Part shown: in pieces, positions 13,763 to 29,095 of the stretch | Position numbering within the stretch: the first letter of the stretch is position 1 | Layout: each line of letters opens with the position of its first letter | IMG/VR virus record: IMGVR_UViG_2872158770_000007 | Strand: one strand, 5' to 3' | Origin: a virus | Taxonomy: Duplodnaviria > Heunggongvirae > Uroviricota > Caudoviricetes | DNA length: 29,095 nucleotides | Position numbers and translations under genes: made by a program | Notes under the pieces: model-generated | Told to the model about the DNA's origin: nothing | What the model saw: the letters and a program-made list of their open reading frames with translations, nothing else | Database searches by the model: none

Positions 13763-14074
13763 TTACTTTTTTTCTACTTCATCTACAGGTTTCGCAGTAT
13801 TGATTAAAGCAATAATTGCTGAGTAAATTTCATTCTGGATTACAAAATCAATAGAGTTAACATTAATTCGTCCATCAATATCTTCTTCTGCGAAGATAGG
13901 ATCACCATTTTCATCTTTTACACATAGGATTAGAGTTTTAGCCACATCAGTGCATTTCTGGAAATCCTGACCATTTGGACGATGAATAAAGATGATTTCA
14001 CCCATTACTTCATGTGGTTTTAATTCTGGTTGTAGTTTTTTCTTCAATTCGTTTAAATTCATTTTCATCTCCAA
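13763..14074 (-). CDS. tail assembly chaperone, lambda gpG-like
   Basis: 103-aa acidic protein between the major tail gene and the tape measure. Ends ...VEKK at a slippery heptamer. Confidence 0.6.
   Translation of the reverse strand: MEMKMNLNELKKKLQPELKPHEVMGEIIFIHRPNGQDFQKCTDVAKTLILCVKDENGDPIFAEEDIDGRINVNSIDFVIQNEIYSAIIALINTAKPVDEVEKK
13766..13772 (-). promoter_or_regulatory. programmed -1 ribosomal frameshift site A AAA AAG (dnaX-type) at the end of the G-like ORF
   Basis: Minus strand reads gta gaa aaa aag taa. Plus strand carries c-ttttttt-c at 13766-13774. The stop codon follows immediately; the -1 frame is open into the T-like ORF. Confidence 0.6.
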
Positions 14075-14107
14075 TAAAAAAGGGAAAGTTGAGCACCTTC
14101 CCTTTAT
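14075..14107 (-). terminator. rho-independent terminator/attenuator after the major tail tube gene
   Basis: Minus-strand RNA: aaagggaagg-ugcucaa-cuuucccuu followed by a U-run (plus-strand A-run 14075-14080). Imperfect ~8-bp GC-containing stem. Confidence 0.55.
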
Positions 14108-14113
14108 TTATTA

Positions 14114-14587
14114 TTATTCGCCCGATTCTGGTTTTGGAGTAATCAGACCTGAATCAATTGCTTCACCATCAACTGCAAGGGTGAAAGTCTTAGTTACTAC
14201 TTCATCTTTATCACCACCGATAGTGGTACTTGAAACAAAGCAGGTATAAATTACAAAGAAACCTTCTTTTTTAGTTGCATCGGTAAAATAGCTTAGTTTT
14301 ACCTGACAACGTTTCTGATCGTCTGCAAGTTGTTCTAAATTCTGATGTACTGCATTATCTGGTAAGTAGTTAACTGCAAGAGAAATGTCCGGGATTGACT
14401 TAGTACCCAATAGCTTACGATCATAAGCATTATTGAATGTTTTTACGCTAATTACAGTACTTTCAAAGCCTGAAGTACTGAAGGTGTTTACCTCTGGTAC
14501 TTCTACAAAGTCAGTAGCAACTGTTTTACCAGCACTTGAACCTACTTCTACAGTAAGGTTAGCACCGGAAAAAATATCCATAGCCAT
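14114..14587 (-). CDS. major tail tube protein
   Basis: 157 aa, immediately upstream of the G/GT chaperones (conserved position of the major tail protein). Followed by a terminator. N-terminal ~145 aa paralogous to the N-terminus of the 883-aa protein. Confidence 0.65.
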   Translation of the reverse strand: MAMDIFSGANLTVEVGSSAGKTVATDFVEVPEVNTFSTSGFESTVISVKTFNNAYDRKLLGTKSIPDISLAVNYLPDNAVHQNLEQLADDQKRCQVKLSYFTDATKKEGFFVIYTCFVSSTTIGGDKDEVVTKTFTLAVDGEAIDSGLITPKPESGE

Positions 14588-14645
14588 AGTTTTATATCCT
14601 TATAAGAAAATTTTATTGGAGTGAATCCGTTCACCCCGTTTATAT

Positions 14646-17297
14646 TTATTTATTATTTAATAGCTGTTGTACTAAATCTTTTAGCTGATTAATTTCTTCT
14701 TGTTGGGCTTGAATAGCTCCCATCAAGTCCATCACTATTGGATTTAAATCAACACGTGGATGATCACGAGTGACAATCTCCCCTTCTATTTCAACTGTTT
14801 CTTCATCATGCTTAATGTACTGCGGAGCAGTCAACTCAGCATCTTCGGCGATAACACCAAACCTAACCCTTTCTTGTTCATCATCCTTGTAGATAAACGT
14901 TACTAAATCTTGTGACATTATCCGATCTAATGCTTCAACTGGATTTGCTGGAGTTATGTCTCTTTTAAACTCACGACCTGATGTACCTTGAGCTTGCATT
15001 ACTAACCATCCAAACCATGTTGTACCGTTCCCGCCTCGTACTCTTAAAGTACCACCACCGTCTATCTGAAGCTGAGAGCGATTTGCCCCTGGGTATCTTT
15101 GCATGTGCAATAAAGGGGAATATTTTTCACTATAGTTAATACCTGAGTCACCTGGCCCTGCATACATACCGTTAAAGGTGATGGTATTGGCATCTGTCGG
15201 TCCCGAAACAGCGGTATTAGTCATCCATCCTGATTGAACATCAGTTAGGATCGTTCCAGTCGGCCCTTTTAGCCCCCATAGTTTATCCTCTGCACCATTT
15301 TCAGAAATAAAAAGGGTGAGATCAGCCTGTCCAGTCTGTCCCATCGTTTTACCAACCCGAAAACCACCAGATATTTCAGTTGATGTACCAATGTTGCATA
15401 TCGAACGAATACGCCCTCCAGTTACATAACTACCAATTGCCGTAGAGGAAGGGGAAGAAGCAATAACATCCCATTGAGGACTAACTGAAGTACGACTACT
15501 CAGCAAGTTTTCAACCCAGCGTTTGGTAGTCGCGTCAGAATCAGAGACAGGATCTCCTGCTAAAGAAGTTGCACCCGTAGGACGAATCGCAGGCCATAAC
15601 TCAGCCTGAGTCTTAACACCAGTACCGCCCTGCGGAATTGCTAATGCTTTCCAGCCAGTGAAAGCACCCGCAATATATGTAGCTGAACCCCATTGCCCTC
15701 CATCATAAACCACTAATGCAGCGGAAGAATCAGCGGATTTAATAGTTGTTAAATTACTACCTTGATTAAAGCGATCCACCTGAAAGTTTAGGCGAGCACT
15801 CAAAGCATCTGTAGCCCCTGTCCCCCCCTGACCTATACCTAAAGCAATCCATCCAGTACCAGTACTTGCACCCCATGCCCCGTTATCCTGAATTCGGATA
15901 CGGTTAGTCAGGTCATTACTCATCAGATCGGTGTACGTAGCACCCTGAGTCAAACGGTTCACCTGTAGGTTAGTACGTGCTGTAGAGAGACTGGATAGAT
16001 CAGAAAGGTTACTCGCTTTCTTCATGGAAGCGGAATCAAGGGAAGTAATACTGTCAGCTAAAGCCGTTACCTCTGCATCTACTTCATCCATTGAGTAAAC
16101 AGCAAGGTTAATACGTGCTTCTTCCACGTCCCCCAGATCACTTAGATTACCTGCTATCGTAAGCTGGGCATCATCTGTAACCTTCCCTAAGCCAACATCA
16201 GTACTGGTAAGTACTACATCCTCACTGAGTACATGACCGTTGACCATACGTGTATCAGGTACTGAACCTGTATCTTCACTACTCAGTACTACATTTTCAC
16301 TAAGTACATGACCGTTCACTGTACGCGTGTCAGGTACTGAACCTGTATCTTCACTACTCAGTACTATATCTTCACTGAGTACATGACCATTAACTGTCCG
16401 TGTATCTGGTACAGAGCCGGTATCAGTACTGGTAAGTACTACATCCTCACTTAGAGGCTTACCATTCACAGTACGTGTATCAGGTACTGAACCTGTATCT
16501 TCACTGTTCAGTACTAAATTGGCCGTGAGTGCATGGCCGTTGATGGTACGTGTAAGGGGTACGTATCGCCCGTCCATCTGTGTAGCGGTATATATGCGTG
16601 TCCAGGCGGTTGTAGCGTTCTTTGCATAGATACTTAGAGTACCCGTCTTTGTCATCGCAAGAGAACTTACAGTAGTGCCATCTACAAGCCCTACTCCCAT
16701 CAGATCCGCCCCGGCAGGATTGCCTGCTTGAGATGATGGTACTTTGATGAAGCTGTTACCCGTAGGTACTGATGGTGAGTACTGAGGTACATCCGTAGTG
16801 TTCGAACCTAAACCGTAGTCCCCCTGATAGATTGGCGATAGTGCGTTAATGGTCATTGCACGTGCGATCACATCATGTGGGGCAAAACTGTATGCCTTGG
16901 TTACTACTGAACCTTTATCACCGTCCAACTTATAAGAGGTGATATAACCATTCACCATCGCATAAGTAATGGTATTTTCATCCTTATTCATCTGGTACTG
17001 AATGATGATCTGGAAAAGCTGCTGAGACTTAGCGGCATTATCCAAGAATTGATGTGTAGGATCATCAGGTAGGTAGTTAACTACAATATCAAATGGTGCT
17101 ACTGATTTATCAGATAGTAGTACTGTCCTGTAATCACTATCATACGTTTCAAAATTATTTGCTTCTGAATTTATTGTTAAGGTTGGAAAAGTATTAATCT
17201 GTTTAATTACTACATTGCCTGCTCCCTGTGGTGTTCTGTTACCAATATCAGCATTATACTGTACTGATAATTCTCTTCCTGAGAAAATATCACTCAT
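14646..17297 (-). CDS. tail-tube-domain protein fused to a repeat-containing fibre with C-terminal intramolecular chaperone (peptidase S74-like) domain
   Basis: 883 aa. Residues 1-150 align with the 157-aa tail tube protein (DIFSG..L.V, NTF.T, VNYLPDD..HQ.L, GDK..VVTK). Five tandem 25-aa repeats (PDTRTVNGHVLSEDVVLSSEDTGSV). Phage-fibre motifs GQGGTGATDALSARLNFQV and PQGGTGVKT. C-terminus SGREFKRDITP...RFGVIAEDAEL...QEEINQLKDL resembles the self-cleaving chaperone of tail fibres and endosialidases. Confidence 0.6.
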   Translation of the reverse strand: MSDIFSGRELSVQYNADIGNRTPQGAGNVVIKQINTFPTLTINSEANNFETYDSDYRTVLLSDKSVAPFDIVVNYLPDDPTHQFLDNAAKSQQLFQIIIQYQMNKDENTITYAMVNGYITSYKLDGDKGSVVTKAYSFAPHDVIARAMTINALSPIYQGDYGLGSNTTDVPQYSPSVPTGNSFIKVPSSQAGNPAGADLMGVGLVDGTTVSSLAMTKTGTLSIYAKNATTAWTRIYTATQMDGRYVPLTRTINGHALTANLVLNSEDTGSVPDTRTVNGKPLSEDVVLTSTDTGSVPDTRTVNGHVLSEDIVLSSEDTGSVPDTRTVNGHVLSENVVLSSEDTGSVPDTRMVNGHVLSEDVVLTSTDVGLGKVTDDAQLTIAGNLSDLGDVEEARINLAVYSMDEVDAEVTALADSITSLDSASMKKASNLSDLSSLSTARTNLQVNRLTQGATYTDLMSNDLTNRIRIQDNGAWGASTGTGWIALGIGQGGTGATDALSARLNFQVDRFNQGSNLTTIKSADSSAALVVYDGGQWGSATYIAGAFTGWKALAIPQGGTGVKTQAELWPAIRPTGATSLAGDPVSDSDATTKRWVENLLSSRTSVSPQWDVIASSPSSTAIGSYVTGGRIRSICNIGTSTEISGGFRVGKTMGQTGQADLTLFISENGAEDKLWGLKGPTGTILTDVQSGWMTNTAVSGPTDANTITFNGMYAGPGDSGINYSEKYSPLLHMQRYPGANRSQLQIDGGGTLRVRGGNGTTWFGWLVMQAQGTSGREFKRDITPANPVEALDRIMSQDLVTFIYKDDEQERVRFGVIAEDAELTAPQYIKHDEETVEIEGEIVTRDHPRVDLNPIVMDLMGAIQAQQEEINQLKDLVQQLLNNK
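16180..16560. repeat. tandem 75-bp direct repeats (about 5 copies) inside the fibre gene
   Basis: The unit tcaggtactgaacctgtatcttcact... recurs at 16255, 16330, (variant) 16405 and 16480. It encodes the 25-aa protein repeat. Confidence 0.85.
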
Positions 17298-17314
17298 CCT
17301 TTATATCCTTTTAG

Positions 17315-17706
17315 TTATCTTGTCTTTTCCGTAACTTGAATATTTATCGTAAAGGATAGGGAAACCGAGCCAGTTATAGGATCTGTGACAATATCGGATT
17401 GTTCATAAGAACACGAAAGCATTATTAAACCTGCATCACTGAATGCTGAAGTTTTCTCTTTATCAAAAGTACTAATAATCTGATCATAAGTGATGGATGG
17501 GGCTGTATTACCTGATTCTGGTTTAGGGGAAATCAGATACTGAATTGCAAAGTTACCTGCCCGGCGTTCATTGCTGAAACTTAAACTCGTTAATGAGTAA
17601 TCAAAAGCAATTTGTTCAAATACATCAACATCACGTGATACTGTCAGATTCTTAGTAGCATTGATAAGCTGCTTCATCGTATTCCGTACTTTTTGTACTA
17701 ACATCA
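17315..17706 (-). CDS. hypothetical head-tail joining protein
   Basis: Located between capsid and tail genes. Start moved to the ATG at 17706, just after the upstream stop; the track's N-terminal 26 residues overlap the previous gene in another frame. Confidence 0.35.
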
Positions 17707-17708
17707 TA

Positions 17709-18032
17709 TTAGTAGTCCTCTGCAAATGAAGCACCAGCAGAAGTACGGAAATAGCAATTAACCATACCTGATAGATCATCTTCAATGTTATAGATTGTCT
17801 GGTTTACACCATCAATGATTAGTACTGTACCAATTGCCACGTTTGCGGTTATTAGATCGTCCTTTCTGATTGTTAGGTATGTTTCCACGCTTTCGATAAA
17901 TCCACCTGCCGCCTCAATAGAAACGGGAAGTACTTCTACTATTCCTGTAAAAGTACTTCCCGTACAAGTTTGGATAGACTGACCGAAAGCATTTAGAAAC
18001 GCATCACACTGCGTATCTTTAAATACTCTCAT
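17709..18032 (-). CDS. hypothetical head completion/connector protein
   Basis: 107-aa ORF immediately downstream of the capsid gene. Assignment is positional only. Confidence 0.35.
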   Translation of the reverse strand: MRVFKDTQCDAFLNAFGQSIQTCTGSTFTGIVEVLPVSIEAAGGFIESVETYLTIRKDDLITANVAIGTVLIIDGVNQTIYNIEDDLSGMVNCYFRTSAGASFAEDY

Positions 18033-18045
18033 TATCTAATCCTTA

Positions 18046-23388
<5,343 letters not shown>

Positions 23389-23796
23389 TAGACTGGCCCC
23401 CTGAATCTCCAGACAACCAGTATCACTTAAATAAGTGATAGTCTTAATACTAGTTTTTAGACTAGTCATTGGAGTACAGATGATTGATGTCTTAGGGCCG
23501 GAGAAACGCAGACGGCGTACCACACAGGAAAAGATCGCAATTGTTCAGCAGAGCTTTGAACCGGGGATGACGGTCTCCCTCGTTGCCCGGCAACATGGTG
23601 TAGCAGCCAGCCAGTTATTTCTCTGGCGTAAGCAATACCAGGAAGGAAGTCTTACTGCTGTGGCCGCCGGAGAACAGGTTGTTCCTGCCTCTGAACTTGC
23701 TGCCGCCATGAAGCAGATTAAAGAACTCCAGAGCCTGCTCGGCAAGAAAACGATGGAAAATGAACTCCTCAAAGAAGCCGTTGAATATGGACGGGC

Positions 23797-26181
<2,385 letters not shown>

Positions 26182-26326
26182 ATGCGGTGCGGGTATGATC
26201 ATTTTGTTCACACACAATTGATTAAACCCGCTGCCGAAAACCCTCGATAGTACCGCCAGTATGGAGGGACCCATTGAATGCAATGGTTAATATACTTTGT
26301 AAGCTATATACAATGAATCATGAGTA

Positions 26327-26629
26327 TCAAAGCCGCTTACATTTAATATCATCGTACAAAGTTCCTTCTTTGTTTAGATATCTCGAACCGTAATTATATC
26401 CATCATCAAATGCTTCATTGGTTATTACCAGTTCCCTGTAAAATTTCTCATCAGGTGCTGTTTCATAATGAAATGCACCATAAGGCGGCGGCATTTTACC
26501 GAGATATCTTGTAACGTAGAAACTCATGTCAGTACTAAATGAATCGTTATGAATATCCCAGCATTTAAAGTCTGGAATAGCTGCACTTGTTGTTAAAGGT
26601 AATAATAATAGCAATATCAATTTTTCCAT
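26327..26629 (-). CDS. small secreted protein (signal peptide MEKLILLLLLPLTTSAA)
   Basis: ATG at 26629 gives a classic signal peptide; the track's upstream start is TTG. Mature protein about 80 aa with three Cys. Confidence 0.45.
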   Translation of the reverse strand: MEKLILLLLLPLTTSAAIPDFKCWDIHNDSFSTDMSFYVTRYLGKMPPPYGAFHYETAPDEKFYRELVITNEAFDDGYNYGSRYLNKEGTLYDDIKCKRL

Positions 26630-26848
26630 AAGAGATACCAATGCAAATGATTTAATTGCATGATAACACCTACAAAGTCTCAATACCAATTAACAAGCGA
26701 TATGGCTGATTTTGTTTCAATTACGTAAAATAATTTAAAATATCGTTAATTAAAACAATTGTGATGAAATGCTCACCTTGTAATTTGTTGCGTATTTGAT
26801 GAAAGTACTTACCCTTCATCAAATACACATTTCTTTAGTACTTGCCCT

Positions 26849-27289
26849 TTACTTGATAAGCAAACTATAGAATTTTCTTGTCTGCTCAACTGCAACGACA
26901 AAACAGCCAATTGCAAAACATGCTCTCAACCCACCATCCCCGCCGTGTAATGACATTGCGGTAGTGAATATAAAATTAGTCACCAAGAAAGTAATAGCCA
27001 TATACAAGATGAAATATAGAAATGAGAAAATGCGGCAAAGTATATTACTGCTTTTAATATCAAATATCTTTGCAAATACTTTCGTTAGTGGTGAAAAAAG
27101 CATAGCAATAAAACCAGGAACTACAGTTAGTAAGAATATCATTACTAACATTAAAGGTACTTTAACGTATTCATAACCACTAACACGAGTTAAAATAAGT
27201 ACTCCGACGATACCTGTTATTAAGCCACCGATTAGTAGTTCTTTAGTTCCTGCAAACATTTCAGAGATATTATCGACTGTAATTTTCAT
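26849..27289 (-). CDS. integral membrane protein, about 4 transmembrane segments
   Basis: 146 aa with four hydrophobic stretches (LLIGGLITGIVGVLIL, LMLVMIFLLTVVPGFIAMLF, IFSFLYFILYMAITFLVTNFIF, ACFAIGCFVVAV). Confidence 0.45.
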   Translation of the reverse strand: MKITVDNISEMFAGTKELLIGGLITGIVGVLILTRVSGYEYVKVPLMLVMIFLLTVVPGFIAMLFSPLTKVFAKIFDIKSSNILCRIFSFLYFILYMAITFLVTNFIFTTAMSLHGGDGGLRACFAIGCFVVAVEQTRKFYSLLIK

Positions 27290-27394
27290 TCTACTAACTA
27301 TTCCTTCATAAAAAGTTCACTCCGATCTTATCACCGCATAAAGAAAAAGCCCTGTAGATTCTCACCATACAGCCTAAGCACTAAACTTTTCGGA

Positions 27395-27664
27395 TTACTT
27401 CGATACTACCTGCCATTGTCCATCATGCCGGATGATCTCATACTGGTACTTACCATCACACCGTACATCAATACGTCCTGTACCATTCTCAGTACTATCC
27501 ATAGTCACCATATCGCATGGGTACTTACCCTTGATTAGTGACTGTGCGAAATCCATAGCGTTCTGGTTCTCATTGTCCGTGTACTGTGGCTGGGGTGCAT
27601 CCTCACCTGCAATGTTGAAGAGTACCCCAGCCAGTACTAACAAAATCACCATTACCTTTCCCAT
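27395..27664 (-). CDS. small exported protein
   Basis: 89 aa. N-terminal hydrophobic signal-like segment VMVILLVLAGVLFNIAG, then a polar domain with two Cys. Confidence 0.45.
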   Translation of the reverse strand: MGKVMVILLVLAGVLFNIAGEDAPQPQYTDNENQNAMDFAQSLIKGKYPCDMVTMDSTENGTGRIDVRCDGKYQYEIIRHDGQWQVVSK

Positions 27665-27671
27665 ACGTACC

Positions 27672-28034
27672 CTATAGATTGTCGAGGATATGGGATGGTG
27701 AATTGACCCCTTCTAACCAATCGTGAACACTATCGGTCTGATGTGGTACTACCTTACTTACATGCTCTCTATAGGGATGTAGTTCAGCAATGCGGGAATC
27801 TCGTATGAGGCATCCAGTACTTGTATTGTCATCATGATAGATCTTGTTATAGATGCGACCGCAATCACTCTGGAACTGAGGACGGTAGTACTTCACCCCA
27901 TTACGTGTTCCTGCATCAAACAGTACTACGGCCTTGTCATCTACATAGCCAACGTAAGCTTTATCCATGAAGCTGTGCGTAGTAGTACATCCAGTACTAA
28001 GGGCAATCAGTAACCCAATTAGTAATTTTTTCAT
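27672..28034 (-). CDS. putative lipoprotein
   Basis: MKKLLIGLLIALSTGC: positively charged n-region, hydrophobic core, lipobox-like STGC. 120 aa. Confidence 0.5.
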   Translation of the reverse strand: MKKLLIGLLIALSTGCTTTHSFMDKAYVGYVDDKAVVLFDAGTRNGVKYYRPQFQSDCGRIYNKIYHDDNTSTGCLIRDSRIAELHPYREHVSKVVPHQTDSVHDWLEGVNSPSHILDNL

Positions 28035-28039
28035 TATTG

Positions 28040-28591
28040 TTATCCTATTAATTTTTCACATTGCTCAAAACGCATTGGCCTGAACTCTCCCTGTACCGCC
28101 CATACACCGGCCTCTCTGAGAATTGGGTAATACGTTTTATCTCTGACGGGTACGATCACCTTCTCGCAGTACTGGCGAATGCTTTTTATGAGTACTGGAA
28201 AGATCAGACGGTCAATGTTCTCTTCTGTGTACCTTCTATTTAATCGGGCAACCTCGAAATCACCTGTAACCAGAGGAATAGCAGAACCACCATGTACACC
28301 GAGATCATCAAGCCACTGCTGGTTATGTACTTTCATATCCCTTGTCATCTGCCGAAGGAATGGTAAGTACTCGTATGGTTCACCACGGCCAGTAGTAATC
28401 ACACAATACAAACCGTTATCCCTGAACCATGCCGCCTTGCTTTCAATAAGCATTAGTTGCCCATGAAGTACTTCTTCTTCCCATAGGCCGATCTGCCTGA
28501 TTCCCTCGCGTTCTACATGGCTGACCAACTCAACCCCCAGCAACTGACCACCCAAACTTGTTATCGGTATTGCCCAATTATCAATGTTCAT
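28040..28591 (-). CDS. degenerate EAL-like domain protein (YdiV-like?), function uncertain
   Basis: 183 aa. QLLGVELVSHVEREG resembles the EAL/EVL motif region of degenerate EAL proteins. DDLGVHGGSAIPL sits where active EAL domains have DDFGTGYSSL. C-terminal AVQGEF is where QGY would be. Too short for a complete catalytic EAL domain. Confidence 0.3.
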   Translation of the reverse strand: MNIDNWAIPITSLGGQLLGVELVSHVEREGIRQIGLWEEEVLHGQLMLIESKAAWFRDNGLYCVITTGRGEPYEYLPFLRQMTRDMKVHNQQWLDDLGVHGGSAIPLVTGDFEVARLNRRYTEENIDRLIFPVLIKSIRQYCEKVIVPVRDKTYYPILREAGVWAVQGEFRPMRFEQCEKLIG

Positions 28592-28742
28592 AACTTTGCT
28601 CGTTACGCTTTAAGTTATTGATAATTGATCATTTTTAAAACATTGGCAATTAAATCGATCAATTTTATTGATCATTACAATAGAATTAATCATTCAAAGT
28701 GGTAAACAAAGGGGTGCTGGATTTTTGGGAAACTGACTGCAA

Positions 28743-28762
28743 TACTGTACATATATACAGTA
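28743..28762 (+). promoter_or_regulatory. LexA (SOS) box TACTGTACATATATACAGTA, 21 bp upstream of the ATG at 28784
   Basis: CTGT-N8-ACAG with an AT-rich spacer, 19/20 match to the enterobacterial consensus TACTGTATATATATACAGTA. Followed by AGGAGG (28771-28776) and the ATG. Confidence 0.8.
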
Positions 28763-28783
28763 ATACATAGAGGAGGGTAACAA

Positions 28784-29095
28784 ATGAGCAAAGACGGCTA
28801 TGATCCATCCATTACGCGAGGGGTTCAGAAGTTCTCACATAACGGTCGCTGGGCAACCGTGTGTTATTGGGGATCTGCACTAACAGAATTTCATTATGGG
28901 GATAGGGTATTCTTCCAGAATCAGTACAGGGAATACTGGTTAGGTACTATAGAGAGAGATTGTTTTGTACTTACCTGTGAAACACCACTAATAAGTGTTA
29001 TTGATGGGTTAGCATATCTATCTGCTGAGTACCGGATGAATCAAAGCAGTGAAGAAGGTGATTGGTTCTGTGATCAGGGGGAACTACCCTTCTGA
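28784..29095 (+). CDS. SOS-regulated small protein of unknown function
   Basis: 103-aa ORF with a strong RBS and a LexA box overlapping its promoter. No motif recognised. Stop at the window end. Confidence 0.5.
   Translation: MSKDGYDPSITRGVQKFSHNGRWATVCYWGSALTEFHYGDRVFFQNQYREYWLGTIERDCFVLTCETPLISVIDGLAYLSAEYRMNQSSEEGDWFCDQGELPF

Noticed and set aside
14604-14640. Possible hairpin ggagtgaa-tccg-ttcacccc between the fibre gene and the tail tube gene
   Set aside because: Short stem with a G-U pair and no clean U-tract; at most a weak attenuator.
26182-26326. GC-richer patch (cccgctgccgaaaaccctcgatagtaccgcc) as a possible tRNA or attachment-site fragment
   Set aside because: No cloverleaf-compatible stems or tRNA 3' end recognisable.

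Overview
This window is the late-gene (packaging, head, tail) region of a lambda-like siphovirus prophage, encoded almost entirely on the minus strand and visibly AT-rich by eye. Gene order (high to low coordinates) is: small terminase, gpA-type large terminase, portal, a fused prohead protease/scaffold/HK97-fold capsid protein, two small head-tail genes, a tail-tube paralogue fused to a repeat-containing fibre, the major tail tube protein, G/GT chaperones, tape measure, M/L/K-like tip proteins and a ~1100-aa J-like host-specificity protein. Downstream lie small tail-associated genes, a T4-type lysozyme and a nuclease-rich accessory cluster (HNH, GIY-YIG-like). Two GC-richer enterobacterial insertion sequences interrupt essential genes: IS2 (23389-24719, 5-bp duplication CATTC) splits the large terminase, and an IS911-like IS3-family element (7391-8639, 3-bp duplication ATG) splits the J-like gene. 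Both genes read through in frame once the IS and one duplication copy are removed, so the prophage is a recently inactivated, otherwise intact structural module. The high-coordinate end carries an opposite-strand PD-(D/E)xK-like gene, a run of small envelope proteins, a degenerate EAL-like protein, and a near-consensus LexA box in front of a small gene of unknown function. The best candidates for something undescribed are the tail-tube/fibre fusion, the nuclease-rich cluster at 1-2477, the orphan PD-(D/E)xK-like gene and the SOS-controlled locus; none can be named from sequence alone. All family assignments rest on motifs recognised by eye; no database search was run.
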